From an uncultured Actinomycetota bacterium (GTDB lineage Bacteria > Actinomycetota > Actinomycetes > Propionibacteriales > Nocardioidaceae): a stretch of DNA of 64,000 nucleotides. The notes beneath the pieces are model-generated. The model saw only the letters and a list, made by a program, of their open reading frames with translations, ran no database searches and was not told where the DNA came from. Shown in pieces: positions 37,279 to 48,169 of the stretch. Where the stretch lies: positions 2,458 to 66,457 of the forward strand of contig CAWDDN010000022.1 in NCBI GenBank assembly GCA_963801135.1. The letters are read 5' to 3'. How positions within the stretch are numbered: position 1 is the first letter of the stretch; each line of letters opens with the position of its first letter. The position numbers were made by a program, and so were the translations under genes.

Positions 37279-38327
37279 CCCGGACCCACCCCACCGACTC
37301 GCTGCTGCCGACCCACGACGGTCTCCAGCTGCACGTCCACGCCGAGGGCCCGCCGGACGCGCCGGTGACGGTGGTGCTGGCGCACTGCTGGACCTCCGAC
37401 CACGACTCGTGGCGCTACCAGCTGCGTGACCTGCGCGCGAAGTACGGGCACGACGTCCGGCTGGTCACCTACGACCACCGCGGCCACGGCCAGTCCGACC
37501 CCGCCCCCAAGCACGGCGCGAGGATCGAGCACCTCGGGCGCGACCTCGGTGCCGTCATCGACGAGTACGCCGGCCACGGCCCCCTGGTGCTCGTCGGTCA
37601 CAGCATCGGCGGGATGACGATCATGGAGCTCGCGCTGCAGCGTCCCGCGCTGTTCCGCGAGCGCGTCGCAGGCGTCTGCTTCATCGCCACGTCCGGCGGC
37701 GAGCTGCGCTCGGTCACCCTCGGCCTGCCCGACATCGGCCCGTGGGTGAAGGACCACATCCCCTACGTGCTGGCGTTCCGCTCCAAGACCCTCAGCCGCA
37801 AGCAGCGGCTGCGGGCGCCGATCATCGAGTCCTTGGTGGTGCGCCGGTTCCTCTTCGGGGACACCATGCGGCTGCGCGACCACATGCTCACCGTGGAGGG
37901 CCTGGTCAACGTGCCGGGCGCCACCATGACCGGCTTCTTCGAGGATCTGATGGAGCACGAGCGGCACGGGCACCTGTCCGAGACCCTGAGCGACATCCCG
38001 ACCCTCGTGCTGGTCGGCGACAAGGACCTGCTGACCCCGCCGGAGCACGCCCGCCGGCTGGTCGAGCACATCCCCGACGCCCGGCTCATCATCTCGCCCG
38101 GTGCCGGGCACATGCTGCCGCTGGAGCGCGACCGCCACGTCTCCGACATGCTGATCTCCCTGGTGGACCCCCTGATCCCGGAGACCGAGGCGGGCGCCGC
38201 CAAGGCGCCGGCACCGGGCGGCGAGCCGCACCCCGCTCGCCGCGACCGGGGGCAGGACCCCGCCCAGTCCGCCGTCCGCCAGGGGCCCCAGCGCGACCAG
38301 GCCTCGCCGCGGGCTGAGGAGCCGTGA
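37275..38327 (+). CDS. Alpha/beta-fold hydrolase
   Basis: GTG 37275 overlaps the ispF stop (GTGA). HCW oxyanion region and nucleophile elbow VGHSIGG are present. Its stop overlaps the ispD start (GTGA). Confidence 0.8.
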   Translation: MTRTHPTDSLLPTHDGLQLHVHAEGPPDAPVTVVLAHCWTSDHDSWRYQLRDLRAKYGHDVRLVTYDHRGHGQSDPAPKHGARIEHLGRDLGAVIDEYAGHGPLVLVGHSIGGMTIMELALQRPALFRERVAGVCFIATSGGELRSVTLGLPDIGPWVKDHIPYVLAFRSKTLSRKQRLRAPIIESLVVRRFLFGDTMRLRDHMLTVEGLVNVPGATMTGFFEDLMEHERHGHLSETLSDIPTLVLVGDKDLLTPPEHARRLVEHIPDARLIISPGAGHMLPLERDRHVSDMLISLVDPLIPETEAGAAKAPAPGGEPHPARRDRGQDPAQSAVRQGPQRDQASPRAEEP

Positions 38328-39055
38328 ACGTCGCCGCCGTGGTGCTCGCCGGGGGCTCCGGCAGCCGGGTGGGAGCACCCCGCAACAAGGTGCTGCTGCC
38401 CCTGGGCGGCGAGCCCCTCCTCACCCACTCGGTACGCCGCGCGGCCGCGCTGCCGGGCGTCCGCGTGGTCGTGGTGGTGGTGCGGCCCGGAGACGAGGAC
38501 GATGCCGCCGAGGCGGTCGGAGCCGTCGGGGCCGTCGGGGCCGTCGGGGCCGTCGGGGCCGTCGACGAGGTGCCGGTGGTGACCGCATCGGGCGGCGCCT
38601 CCCGCCACGGGTCGGAGATGTCGGCCCTGCGGGTGCTCGCCCCCCGCATCGAAGCCGGAGAGGTGGACGTGGTGGTGGTCCACGACGCGGCACGGCCGCT
38701 GGCCTCGGCCGGCCTGTGGTCGCTCGTCCTCAGCACGGCTCGCGAGCACGGCGGGGCACTGCCGGTGCGGCCGGCGGCCGGGGTGGTCTCGGCAGACGGG
38801 CTCCTCGGCCCCTCGGGTGAGGAGTGGGTGACGGTCCAGACCCCGCAGGCCTTCCGCGCCGCGCCCCTGCTGGCGGCGTACGTCGCGGCGGAACGGGACG
38901 GCTTCGAGGGCACCGACACCGCGGCCTGCGTGGCGGCGTACTCGAACCTCTCGGTGGTGCCGGTCCCCGGGGAGGCGGCCAACGTCAAGGTGACGTACGC
39001 CGACGACCTGCCGCTGGCCGAACGCCTCCTCCGCCACACCACGCCGCGGGGGTGA
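38324..39055 (+). CDS. ispD: 2-C-methyl-D-erythritol 4-phosphate cytidylyltransferase (intact copy, carries an AVG repeat insertion)
   Basis: AAVVLAGGSGSRVG...NKVLLPLGG, VVVHDAARPL, VQTPQAF, GTDTAACV and NVKVTYADDL are all present. Confidence 0.85.
   Translation: MNVAAVVLAGGSGSRVGAPRNKVLLPLGGEPLLTHSVRRAAALPGVRVVVVVVRPGDEDDAAEAVGAVGAVGAVGAVGAVDEVPVVTASGGASRHGSEMSALRVLAPRIEAGEVDVVVVHDAARPLASAGLWSLVLSTAREHGGALPVRPAAGVVSADGLLGPSGEEWVTVQTPQAFRAAPLLAAYVAAERDGFEGTDTAACVAAYSNLSVVPVPGEAANVKVTYADDLPLAERLLRHTTPRG
38512..38566 (+). repeat. In-frame 9-bp tandem repeat (GCCGTCGGG)n encoding (AVG) x about 6 inside ispD
   Basis: The sequence GCGGTCGGA GCCGTCGGG GCCGTCGGG GCCGTCGGG GCCGTCGGG GCCGTCGAC translates to AVGAVGAVGAVGAVGAVD. 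Confidence 0.9.
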
Positions 39056-39057
39056 CG

Positions 39058-39507
39058 TCACCCCAGCAGGTGCAGCTCGGTCGCGTCGGCGAGCCGACGC
39101 GCGGGTCCGGGCACCTCGGTGGTGACCACCGCGGTGACCTGCGCCAACCGGGAAGCCGCCTCCACCAGGTCGCCGGCAGTGAGGTGCTCGAGGTGCGCCT
39201 CGGGCACCACGAGCGGTCCGGCGGCCTGCACCAGCCCCGACCGGTCGACGGTGCCCGCCACCCGGCCGTCCCGAACCCGCTTCACCGTGTCCGTCACCGG
39301 CCGCACGCCCAGCCGGACCTGCCCGTCGTCGGCCGACGCCGCGAGCATGCGATGCAGGGTCACTGCGTCCAGGCCGGGACAGCGCTCGTCGACCACGAGC
39401 CGGCCCTCGCCGGGGACGTGGTCGAGCGCCTCCTCGACCGCGTCCCGCAGCCTGCTGCGCCACGAAGCGGTCAGCTCGGCCCACTCGAGCACCCGTACGC
39501 TCCACAT
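39058..39507 (-). CDS. Truncated, degenerate IspD-like protein (C-terminal two-thirds only)
   Basis: 149 aa. LVVDERCPGL aligns to IspD VLVHDAARP and RPVTDTVKRVRDGRVAGTVDRSGL aligns to the IspD xDTxK...TxDR block. There is no N-terminal GxGxR CTP loop. G/C-rich third positions suggest it is still coding. Confidence 0.6.
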   Translation of the reverse strand: MWSVRVLEWAELTASWRSRLRDAVEEALDHVPGEGRLVVDERCPGLDAVTLHRMLAASADDGQVRLGVRPVTDTVKRVRDGRVAGTVDRSGLVQAAGPLVVPEAHLEHLTAGDLVEAASRLAQVTAVVTTEVPGPARRLADATELHLLG

Positions 39508-39606
39508 CCGGGCAGCATCCCAGGTCCGGGCCGTGGTTTCCCACAGCAGGCAGCAGCAGGCAGCGCCGCCATCGCCGTCATTGCCCCCCTCGCGACCCTG
39601 GGCACG

Positions 39607-39640
39607 ACGAGACCCCCGGGCAATAGCCCGGGGGTCTCGT
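39607..39640 (-). terminator. 14-bp perfect GC-rich hairpin downstream of carD
   Basis: ACGAGACCCCCGGG-CAATAG-CCCGGGGGTCTCGT lies 22 nt after the carD stop. There is no U tract, which is common in actinobacteria. Confidence 0.55.
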
Positions 39641-39662
39641 TGACGGTCAGGTCACCAGGTGC

Positions 39663-40148
39663 TCAGGAGGCGAGCACCTCGTCGAGGAGGGTCTCGGCCT
39701 TGTCCTCGTTGGTGGACTCGGCCAGCGCGAGCTCGGAGACCAGGATCTGGCGGGCCTTGGCGAGCATCCGCTTCTCGCCTGCGGACAGCCCCCGGTCACG
39801 CTCGCGACGCCACAGGTCACGCACGACCTCGGCGACCTTCATGACGTCACCCGAGTGCAGCTTCTCCAGGTTGGCCTTGTAGCGGCGCGACCAGTTGGTC
39901 GGCTCCTCCGTGTGAGGGGCACGCAGCACGCTGAACACGCGCTCGAGACCCTCCTTGTCCACCACGTCGCGCACGCCCACCATGTCCAGGTTGCAGGCGG
40001 GGACCTTCACAACGAGGTCCTGCTGGGCGACGATGCGGAGGACGAGGTAAAGCGTGTCCTCCCCCTTGATCATCCTGTTCTCGATCTTCTCGATCACGGC
40101 AGCGCCGTGGTTCGGGTAAACAACCGTTTCGCCGACGGTGAAGGTCAT
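39663..40148 (-). CDS. carD: CarD-family RNA-polymerase-binding transcriptional regulator
   Basis: 161 aa. [30 protein letters not shown]...[17 protein letters not shown] is near-canonical CarD. Confidence 0.93.
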   Translation of the reverse strand: MTFTVGETVVYPNHGAAVIEKIENRMIKGEDTLYLVLRIVAQQDLVVKVPACNLDMVGVRDVVDKEGLERVFSVLRAPHTEEPTNWSRRYKANLEKLHSGDVMKVAEVVRDLWRRERDRGLSAGEKRMLAKARQILVSELALAESTNEDKAETLLDEVLAS

Positions 40149-40353
40149 GTGTCAAGTACCCCTTTCCAGGTGAGTAGTCTAACACGGGCCGAAACGGTCA
40201 CCGGACCTGTTTGTGCAGGTCAGAGCCCTAATCGAGGGTTGACAAACCCAAGATCGATGTGCCCAGGCCGGCCAAGAACAGTTGGTCACCTGACCGACAG
40301 GCAGTGCCCCCGACCTCCCACCAAACCGTCCCTCGGCCCCCGATACTCGTCCC

Positions 40354-41070
40354 ATGCAGCTGCGCCGCAACTACGGCACGATCCCCTCGCTGGTCCTGGC
40401 CGCCCACCCACTCCAAGGCCTGCTCATCGCCCTCGGAGTCGCCTTCGCCGCGCTGGCCTCGGGACGAGACTGGCCGGAGGTCGGGGTCGTGTTCGCCGCC
40501 GTCCTGATCGGGCGGGCCACCTTCGGCTGGCTCAACGACGTCGCCGACCGCGAGCGTGACATCACAGTCGAGCGCCAGGACAAGGTGCTGGTCCGCGAGT
40601 GGCTGCACCCGGGCACCTTGACCTTCGCCACCGCGGTGGCCGTCTGCTTCCTGGTGCCGGTCTCGATCGCCAACGGCACCCTCGCCGGGCTCTACCACCT
40701 CGGCTCGGTGCTCGCGGCCTGGCTCTACAACACCCGGATCAAGACCACCCCGTTGTCGTTCCTGCCGTGGGCGGTGAGCTTCGCGCTGCTGGCGCCCTTC
40801 CTGTCGTACGGCGGCTGGGGCGGCGGCGTCCACGGATCGGCTCCGCAGCCGGTCATGGTCGCGCTCGCGGCCCTGCTCGGGGTGTGCATCCACGTGCTCG
40901 CCGCGCTGCCCGACCTGGTCGAGGACAACCGCAACGGCATCCGCAGCCTGCCGCTCCTCATCGCCCTCAGGACCGGGGCCCCCGTGCTGCTGTGGGTCAC
41001 CGTCCTCGTCACGGTCGCCACCGTGGGAGGCCTGGTCGCGGCGGGGCTCACGGTCGGGCTGCACGTCTAG
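40354..41070 (+). CDS. UbiA-family prenyltransferase-like membrane protein
   Basis: 238 aa, multi-TM, with NDVADRERD (NDxxDxxxD-like) in the first cytoplasmic loop. Confidence 0.6.
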   Translation: MQLRRNYGTIPSLVLAAHPLQGLLIALGVAFAALASGRDWPEVGVVFAAVLIGRATFGWLNDVADRERDITVERQDKVLVREWLHPGTLTFATAVAVCFLVPVSIANGTLAGLYHLGSVLAAWLYNTRIKTTPLSFLPWAVSFALLAPFLSYGGWGGGVHGSAPQPVMVALAALLGVCIHVLAALPDLVEDNRNGIRSLPLLIALRTGAPVLLWVTVLVTVATVGGLVAAGLTVGLHV

Positions 41071-41113
41071 CCTCGCGCCCTCACCTCGCCCCGGTTCCCC
41101 TACACTCGGGCGC

Positions 41114-41689
41114 GTGATCGCCACCGAACCGCGCCGCGCGCGCCGTGCCCTGACGACCGCCGTGACCCTGGCGCTGCTCGCCTTGCCGCTGACCGCCTGC
41201 ACGAGCGCGACGACCGACGCCATCTACACCCCCGCCCAGGGCGTCACCGAGCGTGACAGCGAGGTCGACGTGCTCAACGCCCTCATCGTGAGCGAGGAGG
41301 ACGGCGAAGGTCGCTTCATCGCTGGGCTCAGCAACGACGACCTCGAGGCCTCCGACGCGCTGGTCTCGGTCACCGGCGCCGGGGAGGACAGCGCCCTCGA
41401 GGTCCGGCTGACCAAGGGCGACGTCGAGCTCCAGCCGGGTGGCTTCGTCCAGCTCGCCGACATCGGCCCGGAGGTCGAGGGCACCCAGGTCCTGGTGCGG
41501 GGCGAGGCGGTGGAGGCGGGGTACTTCGTGCGGCTGATGCTCGAGTTCACCAATGCCGAGCCGATCGAGATCAACGTGCCCGTGGTGGAGCCGGGCGAGG
41601 ACTTCGGGCCCTTCATGACCGGCGGGCCGTCCGCGGAGGTGCCGCCGGAGGGAGACAGCCCCGACGACGGCGAAGGCCTGGAGGAGTGA
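41114..41689 (+). CDS. Lipoprotein of unknown function (acidic)
   Basis: It has a signal peptide with lipobox LPLTAC and an acidic C-terminal tail. I recognise no family. Confidence 0.6.
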   Translation: MIATEPRRARRALTTAVTLALLALPLTACTSATTDAIYTPAQGVTERDSEVDVLNALIVSEEDGEGRFIAGLSNDDLEASDALVSVTGAGEDSALEVRLTKGDVELQPGGFVQLADIGPEVEGTQVLVRGEAVEAGYFVRLMLEFTNAEPIEINVPVVEPGEDFGPFMTGGPSAEVPPEGDSPDDGEGLEE

Positions 41690-41696
41690 CCCGGCG

Positions 41697-42449
41697 ATGA
41701 GTGCGCCCTACACCCTGATTCTGCTCCGCCACGGCGAGAGCGACTGGAACGCCAAGAACCTCTTCACGGGCTGGGTGGACGTCCCCCTCACCGAGAAGGG
41801 CCGCGACGAGGCCGAGCGGGGCGGTCACCTCATGGACGAGGCCGGTTTCCTGCCCGACGTCCTGCACACCTCGCTGCTGCGCCGCGCCATCCGCACCGCC
41901 GAGATCGCACTCGATGCCGCCGACCGGCTCTGGATCCCGGTGAGGCGGTCGTGGCGGCTCAACGAGCGCCACTACGGCGCACTCCAGGGCAAGAACAAGA
42001 AGGAGACCAAAGAGCAGTACGGCGAGGAGCAGTTCATGCTGTGGCGCCGCTCCTACGACACCCCGCCACCGCGGATCGAGGACGACGACGCGTGCTCGCA
42101 GGTCGGCGACCCCCGGTACGCCGACCTGCCCGACGAGATCGTGCCGCGCACCGAGTGCCTCGCGGACGTGGTGGATCGCCTGCTGCCCTACTGGTACGAC
42201 GCGATCGTGCCCGACCTGCGTACCGGTCGGACGGTGTGCGTGGCGGCCCACGGCAACAGCCTGCGGGCCATGGTGAAGCACCTCGACGGCATGGCCGAGG
42301 ACGACGTGGTCGGGCTCAACATCCCCACCGGCATCCCGCTGGTCTACCGCCTCGACGAGGACATGCGGCCGCAGGAACGGGGAGGGCAGTACCTCGACCC
42401 CGACGCCGCTGCCGCCGCGATCCAGGCGGTCGCCAACCAGGGCCGCTGA
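41697..42449 (+). CDS. gpmA: 2,3-bisphosphoglycerate-dependent phosphoglycerate mutase
   Basis: [44 protein letters not shown] and AAHGNSLRA are present. Confidence 0.93.
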   Translation: MSAPYTLILLRHGESDWNAKNLFTGWVDVPLTEKGRDEAERGGHLMDEAGFLPDVLHTSLLRRAIRTAEIALDAADRLWIPVRRSWRLNERHYGALQGKNKKETKEQYGEEQFMLWRRSYDTPPPRIEDDDACSQVGDPRYADLPDEIVPRTECLADVVDRLLPYWYDAIVPDLRTGRTVCVAAHGNSLRAMVKHLDGMAEDDVVGLNIPTGIPLVYRLDEDMRPQERGGQYLDPDAAAAAIQAVANQGR

Positions 42450-42521
42450 CCCGAGCCCCAGACCGGAGCCCAGACCGGAGCCCCAGACCCGAGCCCCAGA
42501 CCGGAGCCCCAGACCGGAGCC
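42450..42521. repeat. Tandem repeat, 13-bp unit GGAGCCCCAGACC x about 5.5
   Basis: It starts directly after the gpmA stop codon. One copy is a base short and two carry a G-to-C change. Confidence 0.85.
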
Positions 42522-42816
42522 GCTGGTCAAGCACGGTCTCGCCGGGCAAAGACCGCCGTCGGCCCCCGCATCGCCCCTTCGGACCATCCGATGCCGGATA
42601 TGCGGGTCGGCCGCCAGGTCGATCGCGACGCCGAGTGCGCCACGTCCGGCATCCGGCGCCTGGGCGCGCCACGCTGGGTCCTCATGGGCTGAGGCCTCGT
42701 CCGTTCGGTTCATTCCTGCGCGCCAGTGGGCCATTCCCCGGTGTTACGTGGCGCTTCCGGTGCGAGGCGACTCTACGTTCGGGGCTATCGACCCTGTCTT
42801 CCTCGAGGAGCTCTGC

Positions 42817-43479
42817 ATGACCCGACCTCGCGCGGTGGCCGCCCTGGCCGCCGGCACGCTCGCCCTGATCACCGCGGGGGCGACCCCCGCCGCCGCCGAA
42901 CGGTGGAACCACCACGACGCACGTCACGACGTCGTCAGCCTGGCGGGGCCCGAGAAGTCGTCACCGGCCCCCCGCAACCGCAACGCCGACGTCACCCGGG
43001 TGGTGGTCCGCCACAGCCCCAACCGCGTGATCCTGCGCACCCATCTGCGCGACCTCAACCGGAGGAGCGGCGTCGCGTTCTACGAGATCGACGCGGCCGG
43101 CACCGAGTACTCCGCCTACCATCTCCTGGGCACGGAGGGCGGCTTCGTGGGCCGCACATTGGACCGCGCGTTGGGCCGCACGCTGGGCCGTGCGGGGTCG
43201 CCGGCACCCGACGAACGGTTTGTCATCGTCGGTCCTGGCCTCGATGCGCCCGGCGACTGCCCGGGGGCCTGGCAGTTCGCCAAGCGTCGCCGTGACGTGG
43301 CGCGCATCAGCATCCCGCGCTCCTGCCTCGGCAACCCGAAGCGGGTCCGCGCCGGAGTCGGCGTGATCAGCTTCGACCCCAAGCGCGAGCGGGAGTTCGC
43401 CGACGACGGACTCCGAAGGAGTCTCGACTTCAAAGAGCTCACCCTGAGCCCTTGGGTACGCCGGGGGCCGGTCCGCTGA
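42817..43479 (+). CDS. Secreted hypothetical protein
   Basis: GAGGAG RBS precedes ATG 42817. A signal peptide MTRPRAVAALAAGTLALITAGATPAAA is present. I recognise no family. Confidence 0.55.
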   Translation: MTRPRAVAALAAGTLALITAGATPAAAERWNHHDARHDVVSLAGPEKSSPAPRNRNADVTRVVVRHSPNRVILRTHLRDLNRRSGVAFYEIDAAGTEYSAYHLLGTEGGFVGRTLDRALGRTLGRAGSPAPDERFVIVGPGLDAPGDCPGAWQFAKRRRDVARISIPRSCLGNPKRVRAGVGVISFDPKREREFADDGLRRSLDFKELTLSPWVRRGPVR

Positions 43480-43505
43480 TCCCAGCGGTGACCTGAGCGG
43501 AACAG

Positions 43506-43535
43506 CGGGCAGGCTTGCGCGAGCGGGCCTGCCCG
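43506..43535. terminator. Hairpin in a convergent gap (CGGGCAGGC-loop-GCCTGCCCG)
   Basis: It has a 9-bp stem and a 12-nt loop, followed by TTCTGCTG on the + strand. It lies between the hypothetical gene and phoU. Confidence 0.4.
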
Positions 43536-43558
43536 TTCTGCTGTCCTCGCGCGGCGAC

Positions 43559-44206
43559 TCAGGTGCCGGTGACCGAGTAGACGACGCGGCGGGCCAGCGA
43601 GACCGCGTGGTCACCGATCCGCTCGTAGTAGCGGCCCAGCAGCGCCACGTCGATAGCCGGCTCCACGCCGTAGGACCAGCTCTCGCCCAGCAGCACCCGG
43701 AAGGAGCGACGCCGCAGCTCGTCCATCTCCTCGTCGTCCTCCTCCAGCCTGCGCGCGGCGTCGAGGTCCCGGTCGGCGATCACCAGAGCGGTCTGCTCGA
43801 CCATGTGCAACGCGACGTCCCCCATCCGCTGCAGCGTCGGCACGAGCTGGGACGGGACCGCGAGCTCGGGCAGCCGCAGCTGGGCGATCTTGGCGACATG
43901 GACGGCCAGGTCGCCGATGCGTTCGAGGTCGGAGACCATGCGGACCCCGGCCACCAGCGTGCGCAGGTCTCCGGCCACGGGCTGCTGCCGGGCGAGGATG
44001 TCGAAGCACTCGTCCTCGATGTGGGTGCGCAGCGCGTCGATGGCTTCGTCACCGGCGACCACCTGCTCGGCGGCCGTCCCGTCGGCGTACAGCAGGGCCC
44101 GCGTGGCGAGGCGGATGGCCTGCTGCACGAGACGATCCATCGCGACGAGGTCGTCGACGACGGCGTCCATCTGACCGGCGAAAGCGTTGCGCATGGGTTC
44201 CAGCAT
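43559..44206 (-). CDS. phoU: Phosphate signalling complex protein PhoU
   Basis: 215 aa with duplicated PhoU helical repeats, including ERIGD twice (LERIGDLAVH, YERIGDHAVS). Confidence 0.9.
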   Translation of the reverse strand: MLEPMRNAFAGQMDAVVDDLVAMDRLVQQAIRLATRALLYADGTAAEQVVAGDEAIDALRTHIEDECFDILARQQPVAGDLRTLVAGVRMVSDLERIGDLAVHVAKIAQLRLPELAVPSQLVPTLQRMGDVALHMVEQTALVIADRDLDAARRLEEDDEEMDELRRRSFRVLLGESWSYGVEPAIDVALLGRYYERIGDHAVSLARRVVYSVTGT

Positions 44207-44318
44207 GCGTCATGAGGTCGATCAAGTCGGCAACCGGAGGTGAACGCGCGGTGAATCCTGCGCTAAGGCGCAGGTCAGGCGTCGCCTCACCACCGGCCCG
44301 ACGACCTACCATCGAGGC

Positions 44319-45559
<1,241 letters not shown>

Positions 45560-45563
<4 letters not shown>

Positions 45564-46240
45564 CCCGAGTGCTCGTCGTCGAGGACGAGGAGAGCTACAG
45601 CGACGCCCTGGCGTACGTGCTGCGCAAGGAGGGCTTCGAGGTGGCGCTCGCCGCGGACGGCCGGACCGCCCTGGACAAGTTCGAACGGGTCGGCGCGGAC
45701 ATCGTGCTGCTCGACCTGATGCTGCCGGGCATCCCCGGCACGGAGGTGTGCCGACAGATCCGTGCGACGTCGTCGGTGCCGGTGATCATGGTCAGCGCCA
45801 AGGACGACGAGGTCGACAAGGTGGTCGGGCTCGAGCTCGGCGCCGACGACTACGTCACCAAGCCCTACTCACCGCGAGAGCTGGTGGCGCGCATCCGAGC
45901 CGTGCTCAGGCGCGGCGACACAGCGACCGAGCTCCCCTCGTCCGCCCTCGCCGCGGGGCCGGTGCGGATGGACGTCGAGCGGCACGTGGTGTCGGTGAGC
46001 GGCGCCGAGGTCACGTTGCCCCTCAAGGAGTTCGAGCTGCTCGAGATGCTGCTGCGCAACACCGGCCGAGTGCTCACGCGCGGTCAGCTGATCGACCGGG
46101 TGTGGGGTGCTGACTACGTCGGCGACACCAAGACCCTGGACGTCCACGTCAAGCGGCTGCGCGCCAAGATCGAGGCCGACCCGCACAACCCCGTCCACCT
46201 CCTCACCGTCCGCGGCCTCGGCTACAAGCTCGAGGCGTGA
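45560..46240 (+). CDS. regX3: OmpR-family response regulator RegX3-like
   Basis: VTRVLVVEDEESYSDAL...LLDLMLPG...KPYSPRELVARIRAVLRR... ends with the winged helix LLTVRGLGYKLEA. Confidence 0.9.
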
Positions 46241-46258
46241 GGACGGCGTCAGCCCCGC

Positions 46259-46754
46259 CTACGAGGAGTGGAGCCACCCCCGGAAGGCCTCGAGGTTCGC
46301 CGTCGACTCGCCCCGGCTGGTGCGCCACTCCCACTCCTTGCGGATGGCGGACCCGAAGCCCATCTCGAGGATCGTGTTGAACGACTCGTCGGCGTAGGTG
46401 AGCACCGACCCGAGCAGCTTGTCGAGCTCCTCCTCGGTGACCGCCCCGAGGGGCAGCCGGCCGTCGAGGTAGATGTCCCCGTGGTGGTCGAGGGCGAAAG
46501 CGACGCCGTACAGCTTCAGGTTGCGCTCCAGCAGCCAGCGGTAGACGCGCTCCTGGTTCTCGTCCACGCGCCGGGAGACGAAGGCGTGGATGGCGAACGA
46601 GTGCGTGCCGACGTCCAGCCGGCACGGCGTCTTCAGCTTGCGCTCTCCGGGCAGCTCGACCATGAACTGGCCTTCGCCGGCCTCCTCCCACTCCAGGTCG
46701 GAACGCTGCAGCGTCGCTGCGGACGACGTCCAGCACCGCCGAGCGGTCAGCCAC
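46259..46754 (-). pseudogene. YbjN-domain protein (Rv0487-like), N-terminal codons in a different frame from the body
   Basis: The body [46 protein letters not shown]...[17 protein letters not shown] is in the frame of ORF 46259..48100. The plausible start GTG 46754 ([14 protein letters not shown]), which overlaps the mshA stop, is in another frame. The junction is about 46708-46722. Confidence 0.65.
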
Positions 46755-48100
46755 CGACGGCCTCCTGCCGGGTGCTGGGGTGGTCGCGCCACAACGCCAC
46801 GGCGGCCTTGCGGTAGACGTCGAGGGTCTGGTCGGCGGTGCGCTCCCACGCGAACCCGGCGGCGTGGTCGAGCGCCGCACCGCCGCATCCGCTCGAGCAG
46901 CGACGCGTCGTCGACCAGACGGGCGATCGCGGCCGCGTACTCGTCGGGATCGTGACCGTCGACCAGGATCCCGGTGACACCGTCGCGCACGACTGTCGGC
47001 AGACCACCGACCGCGGCGGCGACGACCGGCGTCCCCGTGGCCTGGGCCTCGATGGCGACCAGCCCGAACGACTCGTTGTACGACGGCACGCACACCAGCG
47101 TGGAGGCGGCGTACCAGTCGACCAGGGTGTCGCGGTCGACGGGCGGCACGAACCTCACCAGGTCGGCGATGCCGAGCGCCTCGGCCAGCTCCGCGAGCGC
47201 CTCCGGGTGTTCCAGGCCGGTGCCGGAGGGTCCGCCGATCACCGGGACGACGACGCGGTCGCGCAGCGTGGGGCGGGCTGCGACGAGCCGGGCCACGGCG
47301 TTCAGCAGCACGTCGGGCGCCTTCAGCGGTTGCAGCCGGCCGACGAAGGTCGGCACCACCGCGTCGACCGCCAGCCCCAGCCTGCGCCGGGCCTCGTCCT
47401 GGGGGCGGGGGCGGAACAGGTCGAGGTCCACGCCGGGCGGCACCACCTGCACGCGTGAGGGTTCCGCGTCGTACAGGTCGATCAGCTGCTCGGACTCGGC
47501 GAGGGTGTTGGCCAGCAGCATGTCGGCGGCGGCCACCACCTGTTCCTCCCCGAGGACGCGGGCGTGCGGCTCGGGGGTGTCGCCCTCGGCGAGCTGGGCG
47601 TTCTTGACCTTGGCCATGGTGTGCATGGTGTGCACCAGCGGCACCGACCAACGGTCGCGCAGCAGGGCCCCGACCTGGCCCGAGAGCCAGTAGTGGGAGT
47701 GGATGAGGTCGAAGTGGCCCCGCTCATGACCGGCCTCGGTGCGCAGCAGCTCACGGGCGAACATGCACAGCTGGGCGGGCAGCTCGGTCTTGTCGAGGCC
47801 CTCGAACGGTCCCGCCATCACGTGGTGCACCCGCACCCCCGGGGCGGCCTGCACCGTCGAGGGAAGCGTGGAGGACGTGGCGCGGGTGTAGATCTCGACC
47901 TCGACGCCACGTTGCGCGAGCCGCTTGGACAGCTCGAGCACGTAGACGTTCATGCCGCCGGCGTCACCGGTTCCCGGCTGGTCCAGCGGGGAGGTGTGCA
48001 GGCTGATGATGGCCACGCGCCGCAGGTCCGGCAGCGGGTGCACGCGACCCAGCCACGGTCGTACGTCGGACACGGGCGCCACCTCCGGGGGATGAACCAC
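46747..48100 (-). pseudogene. mshA: D-inositol-3-phosphate glycosyltransferase MshA, frame broken near 46876-46884
   Basis: [28 protein letters not shown] and [24 protein letters not shown] are followed by LLERMRR. The true C-terminus [26 protein letters not shown] is in the frame of ORF 46747..47007. Confidence 0.85.
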
Positions 48101-48169
48101 GGGGGATCATCCCCTATTTCCCGGCGCCGGAACTCATCCGTCCCGAGGGGGCGGCTTCGGCCAGGCTCC

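Noticed and set aside
41613-42734. 373-aa minus-strand ORF spanning the gpmA region and the following gap
   Set aside because: Most of it is antisense to gpmA. The non-overlapping N-terminal part shows only modest G/C third-position bias, translates the tandem repeat as GSGLG filler, and has no motif.
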